DNA of 64,000 nucleotides. Origin: an uncultured delta proteobacterium (GTDB lineage: Bacteria; Desulfobacterota; Binatia; UBA9968). The number at the start of each line of letters is the position of its first letter. The first letter of the stretch is position 1. Position numbers and translations under genes: made by a program. Below the pieces are notes generated by a model. That model was not told the DNA's origin. It saw only the letters and a program-made list of their open reading frames with translations, and made no database searches. Positions 38,807 to 49,380 of the stretch are shown in pieces. The stretch covers positions 64,001-128,000 of the forward strand of contig CAVTUQ010000002.1 in NCBI GenBank assembly GCA_963737905.1, read 5' to 3'.

Positions 38807-41800
38807 TTATCTTATCGGAAGCGTGAACGTGAACGTCGATCCCCTTCCCATCTCGCTCTGCACCCAAATTTTGCCTTCGTGCAATTCGACGAATTTTCTG
38901 GTTAGACTCAACCCGAGCCCAGTTCCCTCGCGCTTCTGTGCATAGTTGGTCCCTACCTGGCGGAATTCCTCAAAGATCGCTTCCTGATCTTGCGGCGCGA
39001 TGCCGATGCCCGTGTCGGTGACCGAAATAATCACCGCACTGTCGCCCAGTGTCGCCTCGATCTTAATTCGCCCGCCCTCCGGCGTAAATTTCACCGCGTT
39101 GGACAGCAAGTTGACTAACACCTGCTTCACCTTGCGCTCGTCTCCGGTGAAGTCGCCAAGGCGGTCGTCGATGATACGTTCGAGCTTGATACCATGACGG
39201 CTGGCGCGCTCCCGTATGAGTAACAGCGCGTTCTCGATGGCGTCCGGCATGTAGAACGTCGTTACCTCCAACTCCATGCGTCCCGCCTCGATTTTGGACA
39301 GATCCAAGATGTCGTTGATGAGTGAAAGCAGGTGGCGGCCGGAGGAAAGAATGTCCTCGGTGTACTCAGCTTGCTTTTCATTTAGCTCGCCGAACAGTCT
39401 CTCCCCCAAGACTTCAGAGAAACCGATGATCGCATTGAGCGGCGTGCGCAGCTCATGCGAAACGTTGGCGAGAAATTCAGATTTATGACGGTTCGCCGTC
39501 TCCAGCTCTACACCCTTTGCTTCGATCTCGCGGAATAGCCGCGCATTTTGTATCGCCAATGCCGATTGAGTCGCAAAGGTCTGCAGAAGATTGACGACTT
39601 CCGGCGAAAAGCTGCCTGCTTCGCTTCGCCAGACCGTCAAGGCCCCCATGATTTGCTCCTCGCGGAGTAGCGGCACCGCCAAGGACAGACCGATAGCCGA
39701 GACGCGACAAGCATGGGCCGCATCGCGTAGTACCCGTAATTCCCGTTCCTCTAGAAGGTTCGCGACCTGAACTGGCGCGCGCACGTGTCGCCGCTTGACC
39801 GGTCGCGCCCTTGTCCCGGACGGACCGGGGTCGCCTGAAAGCGCTTGAACTATCTCCTCTTCCATGCGGTAACTGGCCCTGAGATGAAACTCTTGCGCAG
39901 TTTCATCGTACTCGTAGATAACGCCGCCATCGGTTCCGGAGAGTTGAACCGCGTGGCCAACGATGGTGCTAAGCACGGTCTGGAGATCGAGAGTAGAGCT
40001 GACCGCTTGTCCGACCTCCCCCAGCGCTTTCAGTTCTCCGACGGATCGCGCTAACTCGCTTCGTTCGTTGTTGTAGCTCTTGGAACAGGCGAACATTCTC
40101 GATGGCGATCACGGCTTGGTCGGCAAAGGTTTTGAGAAGCGCGATTTGCTTCTCGGTGAACGGTCGGACCTCCGTGCGGCGAATCAAGAATCGCTCCGAT
40201 CGGGACCCCCTCGCGCAGGAAGGCGTGGCTAGGCATCGTCCGAGTCGCCAATTTGTTGCTGATAATGGTCTGGCATCTGGAAACTCGCTTCTGAAGTTCT
40301 GCCGCAGGTCAAGGATGTGAACCGTTTGACGATCCATGACAGCTCGGCCTACCGCAGAACCGCGAGCTAAGGCCGATGAGCCGGTCCGAGTGGAATCGGC
40401 CCATATGCGCAACCGGCCGAAGAATGTCCCCATCAATACGATAGATCGAACCGTCAATGCCTCGCATAATCGCGCTGCGCATTTCCGCCACCGCATCCAG
40501 CACCGGCTGGATGTCGGTCGGCGAGCTAGCGATCACGCCCAGGATTTCACTCGTCGCAGTTTGTTGCTCCAACGCTTCGGTGAGTTGGCGGTTGCGATCC
40601 TCCAATTCCTTGAACAATCGTACATTCTCGATGGCTATCACCGCCTGATCGGCGAAGGTTTCTAGCAGCTTGATCTGCGCCGGTGTGAAGGGGCGTACTT
40701 CGATGCGACGTGCGTTCAATACTCCAATGAATTCTCCGCTGCTGACGAAGCGGAACGACCAATAAGGTGCGCCAGCCGCCGGTGGAACCCACCATTGGGA
40801 AATCGTTCTGCGCGCGGGCGTCTGGAATGTGAAGCGTGCCATGCTCGCGCATCCAGCGATACTGTGGCTCATCAATACTGATCTCGACGCGGCCAATGGG
40901 TATAGGACCAAAATGAGCCCGCGAAACCAACATGTTCCCCTCGTGGAGTCGCAGCACCACGTCATCAATCCCGCAAACCCGTGCGGCGCTCTCGACGATG
41001 GCGTCGAGCACCGGCTGCACGTCCGTGGGCGAGCGGCTGATGATGCCGAGGACCTCGCGGTTGCGGTCTGATGCTCCAGTGCCTCGCGCAACTCCGCGTT
41101 GCGTTCCTGAGTTCTTTGAACAGCCGGACGTTCTCGATAGCGATCACGGCCTGGTCGGCGAAGGTCTTCAGAAGCGCGATCTGCTTTCGGAAAACGGATG
41201 GACCTCGGTTCGGCGGATGAAGAATAGCCCCGACGGGCAGCGCCTTCGCGTAACAAGGGCACGGCCAGCGCGGTGCGAATGCGCTCCTGCTGCACCGCAT
41301 GCCACACTTCCGGAAATTCTTCTTCGCGTTCCGCCAGCATGTCGTGGATGTGCACGGTCTGGCGGTGCACAATCGCTCGTCCGGTGTTGGAACCGCCGCT
41401 GATCCGCCTCGTACTCCCGAGCGGAATGCCAATCCGGGCACGGTGCCGTAGCGCGCAACCTTGCGCATCATGTCGCCGTCGACGCGATAGATCTGTGCGT
41501 CTTGGGCGTCACATAGGCGCGCGGCACTTTCCGCCACAGCATCGAGCACGGGCTGAAGATCGGTGGGCGAGCTGGCAATCACGCGCAGAATCTCGCTCGT
41601 CGCGGTTTGTTGCTCCAGGGCCTCGGTGAGATCGCGGTTGCGGATTTCGGTAGTTCCTAAATAAGCGGGCGTTCTCGATCGCAATGACCGCTTGATCGGC
41701 AAAGGTCTGAAGCAGCGCCACTTGCTTCTGCGAGAATGGGGCGATGGCGGCGTGCCAAACTGTAATTGCGCCGATCGGATCAGCTCCCCCGGAGCATCGG

Positions 41801-44403
41801 CACGGATAACACGCTTCGGAAGCTCGCGATCTCACTGGCCGCATGCTCGGGATCATTCTCCACGTCCGGGACGTGGATGACCGCGCGATCGAAGATTGCT
41901 CGTGCCACGAACAGATGTCGGCCCGGCCGAGTTGGAAAAAGCTGCCGGGATAGCTCCAGGGCTGCTGGTGGATAGTTGTTATCGGCTACCATGTGGATGA
42001 GCTCGCCGTCGAATCGGTATACCGATCCGAAGAGAGCCCACAGAGTTTGACCGAATGTTCGGCGATGGTATCGAACACGGGCTGCAATTCGGTCGGCGCG
42101 CTGCTTATGACCGCGAGGATATCACTTGTCGCTGTCTGCTGTTCCAACGCCTCAGTCAGATCGCCGTTACGGACTTGCAGTTCTTGAAACAGCCGCACGT
42201 TCTCGATCGCGATCACCGCCTGGTCAGCGAAAGTGTGACCAGTGCGATCTGCTTTTCTGCAAAGGGCTCGGACTACACTCCTTCGGATCATGATCCCTCC
42301 GGAGTTGGCCCTCTCGTGAGCAGCGGGACTCCCAAAAGCGTTCTAACGAACCAATTCGGGCTCCCACTTCCCTAAATTAAATCCAGGATCAGTTAGGCAT
42401 CCGGGAAGATGAACTGGCCGTCGCTCAAGAGCGAACGGCCCATAACCGTACCGCGGTCATTAGGGGAGATAGGAGTTCGCTCGAAGAATTCATCTCAATT
42501 CGGGAGTCACGTTGTAAGCAACCGCCAGGCGAAACACGTCGTCATCGACCTATAGATATATCCCTGGTTAGCACCCAAAGGCGTCGCGGCGTTCTCGATC
42601 AGTGTTTCCAGAACGGGATGAAGGTCAAACGTCGAGCGGCTGATGACCTTGAGCACTTCGCTCGTGGCAGTCTGCTGCTCTAACGCCTCGGTGAGGTCGC
42701 GGTTCCGCGCTTCTGAGTTCCTTGAACAGCCGCACATTCTCGATGGCGATCACGGCCTGGTCGGCGAAGGTCTTAACCAATTCGATTTGTCGGTCAGTGA
42801 AAGGCTCGACAACGTCGCGCCAAATTGTGATTGTTCCGATTCCTGCTCCTTCTCGCAATAAAGGCACTGCCAACAACGTTCGCACCCCGGAGTCGGATGA
42901 CGTGGGAATAGTCTGCCGCGCTATAAATTGTGCATCGGCGGCGTGTAGTCGGGCGTCAAGGATGTGGATAGGTTTGCGGTCGAGGAAAGCTCGAGCGCCT
43001 GGAATGTTGGGACTTACTGGGAGGGGGTTGGACTGCAGGACCGCGATCCGTTCGGGACTTTCATTGTGATGAGCGACGACTCGCAAAAACTCTCCATCGA
43101 GTTGCCGGATATGGCCCTGTTTGGCCCCAGAAAGCTTCACAGCGTTGGCAACAAGGGTATCGAGTACTGGTTGGAGCTCAGTCGGTGAGGATGCGATAAC
43201 CCTCAAAACCTCACCGGTCGCCGTCTGTTGCTCCAGCGCTTCAGTCAGGTCGCGGTTCCGTTCCTGTAGTTCTTTGAAGAGCCGCACGTTCTCGATCGCG
43301 ATGACCGCTTGATCGGCAAAGGTTTCAAGCAGCTTTATCTGCTTGTCTGAGAAGGGGCGAACCTCTATCCGACGGATCATGATCGTTCCGATCGGCACAC
43401 TCTCACGCAGTAAAGGCGTGGCAAGCACGGTCCGAAGGCCGATCGTCTTAGCGAGCGACGCATTTGGGAACTCGTCCTCTGGTTCCGCTGCAAAGTCATG
43501 TATGTGAATGGTTTGTCTGTCAATGATGGCTCGACCGGATATCGAGCCACGGTCAATTGAGGTGGGACCTCCACCCAGCGACCCCGGCAGCGATCCATAA
43601 TTAGCCACCCTCTTCAAGGAATCACCATCGATGCGACTAATCAAAGCGTCGTCAGCCTCACACAGCCGCGCAGCACTTTCTGCGACTGCATTTAACACCG
43701 GCTGGATATCCGTCGGCGAGCTGGCGATGACGCCCAAAATTTCACTCGTTGCCGTTTGTTGCTCCAACGCTTCATTGAGTTCTTGAAACAGCCGCACATT
43801 CTCAATGGCGATGACCGCCTGGTCGGCAAAGGTTTCAAGCAAACGGATTTGCTGGTCCGAGAACGGACGAAGCTCCAGGCGACGAAGGTGGATTATCCCA
43901 AGCGGAATTCCATTTCGCAGCAGCGGCACAACTAGCACACTCTTCACGCCTGATGGAATTGCATAGATCTTGGCACCGGGGAACTCATTAATAGCTGCCT
44001 GAACGTCAGGGACATGGATTGTCCGCCGGTCGAGAATGGCTCGGCCGGGCACCGATCCGAAGTCGATGGATACATTTTCCCTTCCGGCCAAAGTTGGGAT
44101 AGAGCCAAAGTGAGAAACCGTTTGGTAGGTCTTACCATCGGTGCGCCGCACTAACACATCGTTGGCATCGCACAACCGCGCCACATTCTCGGCAATGGTG
44201 TCCATGACGGCCTGCAGATTAGCCGGAGCTTTGGCAATCATATGCAGGATGTCGCTAGCCGCAGCGAGTTGTTCCAGCGCCTCGTCGCGCTCCCGCTTTA
44301 GCTCCTCAGCTGCCTGTGGATGCTTGAGCTGAGACTTTTCAGATGAGACACGGGGCGGCTTTGCCCTTGTTTTCTTCGCGCCCTTTTTGGTGGTCGTTGC
44401 CAT
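38807..44403 (-). CDS. Giant cytoplasmic histidine kinase A: 9 tandem GAF modules + HisKA + HATPase_c (many frameshifts in this sequence)
   Basis: Start [11 protein letters not shown]. Eight [11 protein letters not shown](V/A)RLF module ends plus a final [46 protein letters not shown]. No TM helix seen. Fragments are collinear across the ORF track. Confidence 0.85.
43307..43737. repeat. GAF module copy 1, about 99% identical to 54353-54783
   Basis: Manual alignment at offset 11046: 431 bp, 5 substitutions, no indels. Confidence 0.92.
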
Positions 44404-44581
44404 AAAGCAGATCGAGACGGGACTGAACTGACTTTTACGCCAGGTGGTTGCAGGCGTCAAGGAAAGCTATGAAAGGGTTGCAACGCAACCGCTATGGGTT
44501 CGCTTTAGCGAGTCTACCGAATTTTTCGACGGGAAGACTACCTCACGAATCGCGCAACGTCCCAATTTCGGTCAAAAAAAG

Positions 44582-44610
44582 TTGACACTAAATGCCTCGG
44601 AGGATAAAAC
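44582..44610 (+). promoter_or_regulatory. Sigma-70-like promoter of the SEC-C gene
   Basis: TTGACA-17 bp-TAAAAC. Confidence 0.5.
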
Positions 44611-44752
44611 TCTCACAGATAACGGCCGGATTTTGACGAAAAAATAAAAAACACCGCTGAAGTTTGGGAGGTTCTGCCGCGCCGGTCGGTGCGAGATGTG
44701 CCAGAAGGATCAAATCCTTCTTACGAGGCGATGCAGCGGGGGAGAGACGCTC

Positions 44753-46117
44753 ATGAAACCACAGAGGAACGATCCCTGCCCTTGCGGGAGCGGCAAGAAA
44801 TACAAAAAGTGCTGCCTACCCAAGGAAAGAGACCAACAAGCCGGCGATTCCCCCTGGAGCCATGCCGGCAAAGTGCACCGCATTCAGCACGCCGACGATT
44901 ATCCGGTGGAGGCCTGCTATCTCAATGCTGATTGGAAAGGGCAGGGATTGGCCCGCATCGTGGTTACTCGGAGCCAAGAGAACGGGAAAATCATGGTAGC
45001 AGCGTTCCTGGTCGATATTTTCTGCCTGGGAGTCAAAAACGCCTTTTGTAATGAGGGCCTCGGCAGAAGGCAGATTGAGGCTCAACTTCTGCCTGGATAC
45101 TACCAGAATGAGGAACCCACGAGAGTCGGGATCAACTATGTCAAGGAGATCATCTACGGCGCGGTAGATTACGCCAGAAGTCTAGGATTTGAACCTCATC
45201 CTGATTTTGAACTTTCCCGCCAAGTGCTTGGATCTGAAGAGATTGGCAGGACCCGCAACCTGACCTTTGGCGGGCCGGAGGGAAAGCCGTTTTACGTGGC
45301 CGGCCCCGATGATGATACCGCAACGGTCCTGCAAAAGCTTCGCAAGAGACTAGGGGAAGACGGATTTAACTTTATTGCGCCGGAAGAGGACTGGGAGGAT
45401 ATAAAGGAAGACGAAGACCAGCAGCCCGGACTGGTGAGTCGGGTATTGGGTCAAGCGACGGAGCTTCTGGACGCTGACCTCAAGAGATACAAGCACCTTA
45501 GACAAATTGGGATGCGCTTAATGGGTGCGATCACAAGGTCGCTACCGAGGGAATTGATCCTCCAGGCTGCAAGAGATTTGCGGCTGTTGGATAAAAAGGG
45601 GAGGATCGTCTGCGATACGGAAGATGAAACGTCATTCATCATGGATCGCGCTATCCACGACATACCCTGGCCGGAACAGAGATACATAGAAATCTATCAC
45701 CAAGACGAGGCCTCAAAGCTATCTCTAGATCAGCAGGCGTATCTAGAGGCAAACATACAGCCGGTTTTTTCCTTGTACGAAGTTTTGAAGGTATCCCGCG
45801 GTCGCGGTGTATGGCTAGTGAATCTATTTTCGCCGGAAGAATTTTTTCTCATGGATACTGGATTAGGAACGACAGCCGAAAAAGGATGCCTTTTGGCCAG
45901 CAGGGTAATCCGCCTCAACGGAATCTGTTTCACCTCCGGGGTGACTATGCCTTTTGGCCCCGAACACAAAAGGCGCCTCACGCACCACTTTACTTCCCTG
46001 GCAGATGACAAAGAAGGAGCCGGAAGCTGGGAGAGGCTGATGCAGCGTCATGCTCCATATTTCTTTATTGAGTTTAAGAAGACCGGTGTTGCCGTCGAGT
46101 TTACTACGGTCACTTAA
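44753..46117 (+). CDS. SEC-C metal-binding motif protein of unknown function
   Basis: GGAG RBS; RNDPCPCGSGKKYKKCC at the N-terminus; FLVDIFCLGVKNA, GFEPHPDF, GKPFYVAGPDDD. Confidence 0.85.
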   Translation: MKPQRNDPCPCGSGKKYKKCCLPKERDQQAGDSPWSHAGKVHRIQHADDYPVEACYLNADWKGQGLARIVVTRSQENGKIMVAAFLVDIFCLGVKNAFCNEGLGRRQIEAQLLPGYYQNEEPTRVGINYVKEIIYGAVDYARSLGFEPHPDFELSRQVLGSEEIGRTRNLTFGGPEGKPFYVAGPDDDTATVLQKLRKRLGEDGFNFIAPEEDWEDIKEDEDQQPGLVSRVLGQATELLDADLKRYKHLRQIGMRLMGAITRSLPRELILQAARDLRLLDKKGRIVCDTEDETSFIMDRAIHDIPWPEQRYIEIYHQDEASKLSLDQQAYLEANIQPVFSLYEVLKVSRGRGVWLVNLFSPEEFFLMDTGLGTTAEKGCLLASRVIRLNGICFTSGVTMPFGPEHKRRLTHHFTSLADDKEGAGSWERLMQRHAPYFFIEFKKTGVAVEFTTVT

Positions 46118-46604
46118 GCCACGTGCCGTACGGACCAGGATTTTCTTTTTGCTCTTTCGGGCTTACTGTGAAGAAGCATTCACCCGAGGGGGGTCCAATC
46201 GCTCAAGCCGTTAGAACTGAAAGCACGGGCTGACAACCTGAGCGTTTTTAAAAGCCCACGATCTCTGCGAGCGGTTGGGGCTCTTCCGATATTGATGATA
46301 AAAGGAAGTCCTGGTTCAGCGTTTACGTTCTTTACCTGAACGAATTCCTTGTTTCTCTGGGGACCCCGGCGCCAACCTCGCAAAGACTCCAGTCAACCTC
46401 GTCTTTATTTTGGCTTTCCGAAACTTGCCATGTTTTGCGTGAGATGATTCTTCTCCGACTTCGGATCTATTTCCCGCCAACTCGCCAAGATTTGAAGGCC
46501 ATGCCTTTTGTCGAGCGAATCTTCGTTCCGCACACGCGCTGCGTTACTTAATTCCCTTGCAGTAAAACAGTAAAAACTATAGGTCTTCAGGCCTTCCTGT
46601 GAAC

Positions 46605-46935
46605 CAGGACTCGGAGATTGCGCCGCGGATCCGCCAAAGGATGGATCAGCGACAGTTTTTAAGGCTGAGGCGCGGAGGACCCAGAGTAAACGAGTTCTTG
46701 GTAAAAAAATTTTTCTCCTCGCAAACTCTGTCTATGCTTGAAAGTTTTCGCCGCTTGCGTAAATTTGCCGATATATGAAACATCTCGGATTCGGATATTT
46801 CTCCCGCCATGCCGCGAAGAACGCCAAGTTTTGATAACTATTATTTCTCTTTCTTTGCAGCCTTTGCGTGTTTTCGGGAAAATATTCCGCTTCTTTGGGT
46901 TGCGGCGCAGCCGCGCTGTGCCTCTGCGGTGAACA
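46605..46935. repeat. Cluster of degenerate REP-like and period-9 repeats
   Basis: gccgcgaagaacgccaag ... ctttgcagcctttgcg; ggttgcggcgcagccgcgct; cctctgcggtgaa; agattgcgccgcggatcc...ggatc. Confidence 0.5.
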
Positions 46936-47083
46936 CTTCTTCACAGAAAAACCGGAATAACCAAAACTATAAACCGCTACAAAAAGCAGCGAGTGTGAAG
47001 AGGAGAGGCCTAAGTATCGCATTGAGCCAACGGGAAGACGCCCTCGCTCAGCCTCCAAAGAGAGATGTTCGAACGAACTTGTC

Positions 47084-48216
47084 TTAGCTTTTCAGTCGGA
47101 GAATATTGTGGGCGGTGACCGGCCGGTGAAATCCTTTCAGCGTTAGTTCCCCTACAGGTTCCACTTCCACCAGCTCTTCCACAGTCCCCAGCAGCCGTTG
47201 GGAAACCAAGATCTGACTTGGTTTGGCCTCGCCGCAAAGGCGTGAGGCCAGATTAGTGACGGTGCCGATGGCACCGTAATCCCACCGACCTTCAAATCCG
47301 ATTCCGCCGATGGTCGCGTAGCCCTGCGCGATACCGACACCGAAATCGAGCTCGTAGCCTAGCTTACGCCATTTGCCGTCAGCTCTACCACACTCTCCCG
47401 CATCGCAAGCGCCATGCGGATCGCTCGCTCCGCCGGGTTCGGAACCGACACTGGATCATTAAAAAAAATCATCATGCCGTCGCCAGTGAATCGTTCCAAA
47501 GTCCCTTCGTGTTCCAGAATCAGCTTGCCCATTGCAGCATGGTACTCGCGGAGAACTCCCATTACTTCCTCGGGCTCGGAGGTCTCGGCAAAGGCGGTAA
47601 AGCCGCGCAGGTCGAGAAAAACCACCGTGATCTCTCGCCGGTGGGTCTTGAGCGGATCCTCGGTGCCTCCGGAGACGATCAGCTCTGCAAGTTGAGGCGA
47701 GAAAAAACGTTTTAGCCGACTGAGTCTGTCAAGCTGAGCCACTTGCTCCTTTACACGTTCTTCCAGACGCTTGTTCCACTCCTCCAGCTCGTTGCGGAGC
47801 CGAACCTCCTGGTCGCGCAAACGCTTTTTCTCCAGGCACGCGCCGATGCGCGCCCGCAAGAGGACCGGGTCGAATGGCTTGGGCAGATAATCCTCGGCCC
47901 CGAGCTCGATACAACGGACCACGCTGCCGATCTCGTCTAGAGCGGACAGTACAATGACCGGAATGTCGCGTAGTGCATGATCCGACTTCATCTGTTCCAG
48001 AACCTGGTAACCGTTCATCTCCGGCATCATGACATCGAGCAGGACAAGGTCGTACGGATCTGCCTTGATCGTCTCTAACCCAAGTCGCCCGTTTTCCGCA
48101 ACGGCGGTTTTATGCCCGTCCGCCTCCAAAAGCGCGCACAGCATATCCCGGTTCATCTCGATGTCGTCGACGACAAGAACGGAGCGGGATTGAATGTTGG
48201 CATTTTTCTCAGTCAC
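47084..48216 (-). CDS. Response regulator receiver + class III nucleotidyl cyclase (copy B; frameshift at ~47373)
   Basis: REC domain (VVDD, LLDVMMP, LPKP); cyclase nearly identical to copy A. Restoring one A in GCA-AAA-TGG gives KWRKLGYEL...HNILRLKS-TAA. Confidence 0.88.
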
Positions 48217-48261
48217 GATGTGTGCTTCTTGCAGTTTCGCCCATCTGGCTAGGAGACTTTC

Positions 48262-48786
48262 TTAACCGCAAAGAACGCAAAGTTCGCATAGGAAAAATTC
48301 TTTTGCATTTCTTTGCAATTGTCCGACGACCGTTCAACATTCGCCGAAACACCTTCTCACCACGAAGATCAGGAAGACCACGAAGGGCGGGTTTGAAAAG
48401 CACCTCTATTTTTTTGCGTCCTTTGCACTTTATGTTTAAGCGTTTTCGCAGCTTGCGCAAATTTTCCAGTGCCCCGTGGCTATCCAAAACTGGGATTTGC
48501 TCGTGCCAAGACGCGAAGCACGCCAAGTGGCGGGCCAGGCCCGTCATCCCGAGCGGAGACGAGGGATCTGAGAAAGATTTCTCCCTTCGGTCGAAATGAC
48601 AATACGTTTTTCTTTGCGGCCTTTGCGCGAGATATTCCCAGTTCTTCTTTTGTGTTCTTTGCGCCCTTTGCGGTTAATTCTCCGGTTCCGAATCGACTTT
48701 GGTTGCGGCTTTTGCCGCGCTAGGTTCTTTGCGGTTAAATTCCTCTCCGTCCTTAATCTAAAATCGGCAATCTAAAATCCAAAATC
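48262..48786. repeat. Pile-up of nested repeats between receiver B and cyclase B
   Basis: Period-9 arms (aaccgcaaagaacgcaaag; ctttgcgccctttgcggttaa), a GTCATC...ATGAC REP at 48543-48600, ggttgcggc..gccgcgctagg, and a period-7 aatctaa/aatccaa tract at 48755-48786. Confidence 0.65.
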
Positions 48787-49150
48787 ATAGGAACTCCTGG
48801 ATTTTGGCCAGCAGCTCGGCTGGATCAAACGGCTTCGTTACATAGGCATCGCAGCCGGCCTCGGCCGCCTTAATGTCATCGCCGCTGAGCGCATAGGAGG
48901 TCACTGCGATGATGGGGATATGGCGGAGCGCGGCATTGGCTTTGATCCGCCGCGTCACCTCGTATCCGTCAATGCCGGGAAGCTGGATATCCATAAGGAT
49001 CAGATCCGGCACCTGCGCCTCCGCCGACGTCAACCCTTCCTCACCCGTGACCGCCTCAATCAATTCATAACCAACGCTTGTGAGAAGGTCGCGCAAGAGG
49101 CGCCGATTTTCTTCGTGGTCCTCGATAACCAATATCCGCTTTCCAGCCAT
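48785..49150 (-). CDS. Single-domain response regulator, DivK-like (copy B)
   Basis: LVIEDH, LMDIQLPGIDG, VTSYA and TKPF motifs. Confidence 0.92.
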   Translation of the reverse strand: MAGKRILVIEDHEENRRLLRDLLTSVGYELIEAVTGEEGLTSAEAQVPDLILMDIQLPGIDGYEVTRRIKANAALRHIPIIAVTSYALSGDDIKAAEAGCDAYVTKPFDPAELLAKIQEFL

Positions 49151-49174
49151 AGCAAATCTCAACTTTAAAGACTT

Positions 49175-49380
49175 TTAACCGCAAAGATCGCAAAGTTCGC
49201 ATAGAATTTTTTTGCGTTCTATGCGTTCTTTGTGGTTAGCCTCTTGGTTTGCTCCTCTTCCCTTGCGCCTTTGCGCGAGATTGATTCTTTCTTTTTTATC
49301 CCGCCAAGACGCCAAGCTCGCAAAGAAAATCTCCTTAACTAATTTTCCTAACTTGGCGTACTTTGCGCCTTTGCGCGAGA
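49175..49380. repeat. Two period-9 palindromic repeat elements
   Basis: ttaaccgcaaagatcgcaaag / ttgcgttctatgcgttctttgtggtta and cgccaagacgccaagctcgcaaag / cttggcgtactttgcgcctttgcg. 49175-49204 differs by one base from 48262-48291. Confidence 0.7.

Noticed and set aside
46180-46383. 67-aa minus-strand ORF downstream of the SEC-C gene
   Set aside because: No recognisable motif or clear RBS; lies in repeat-rich non-coding DNA.
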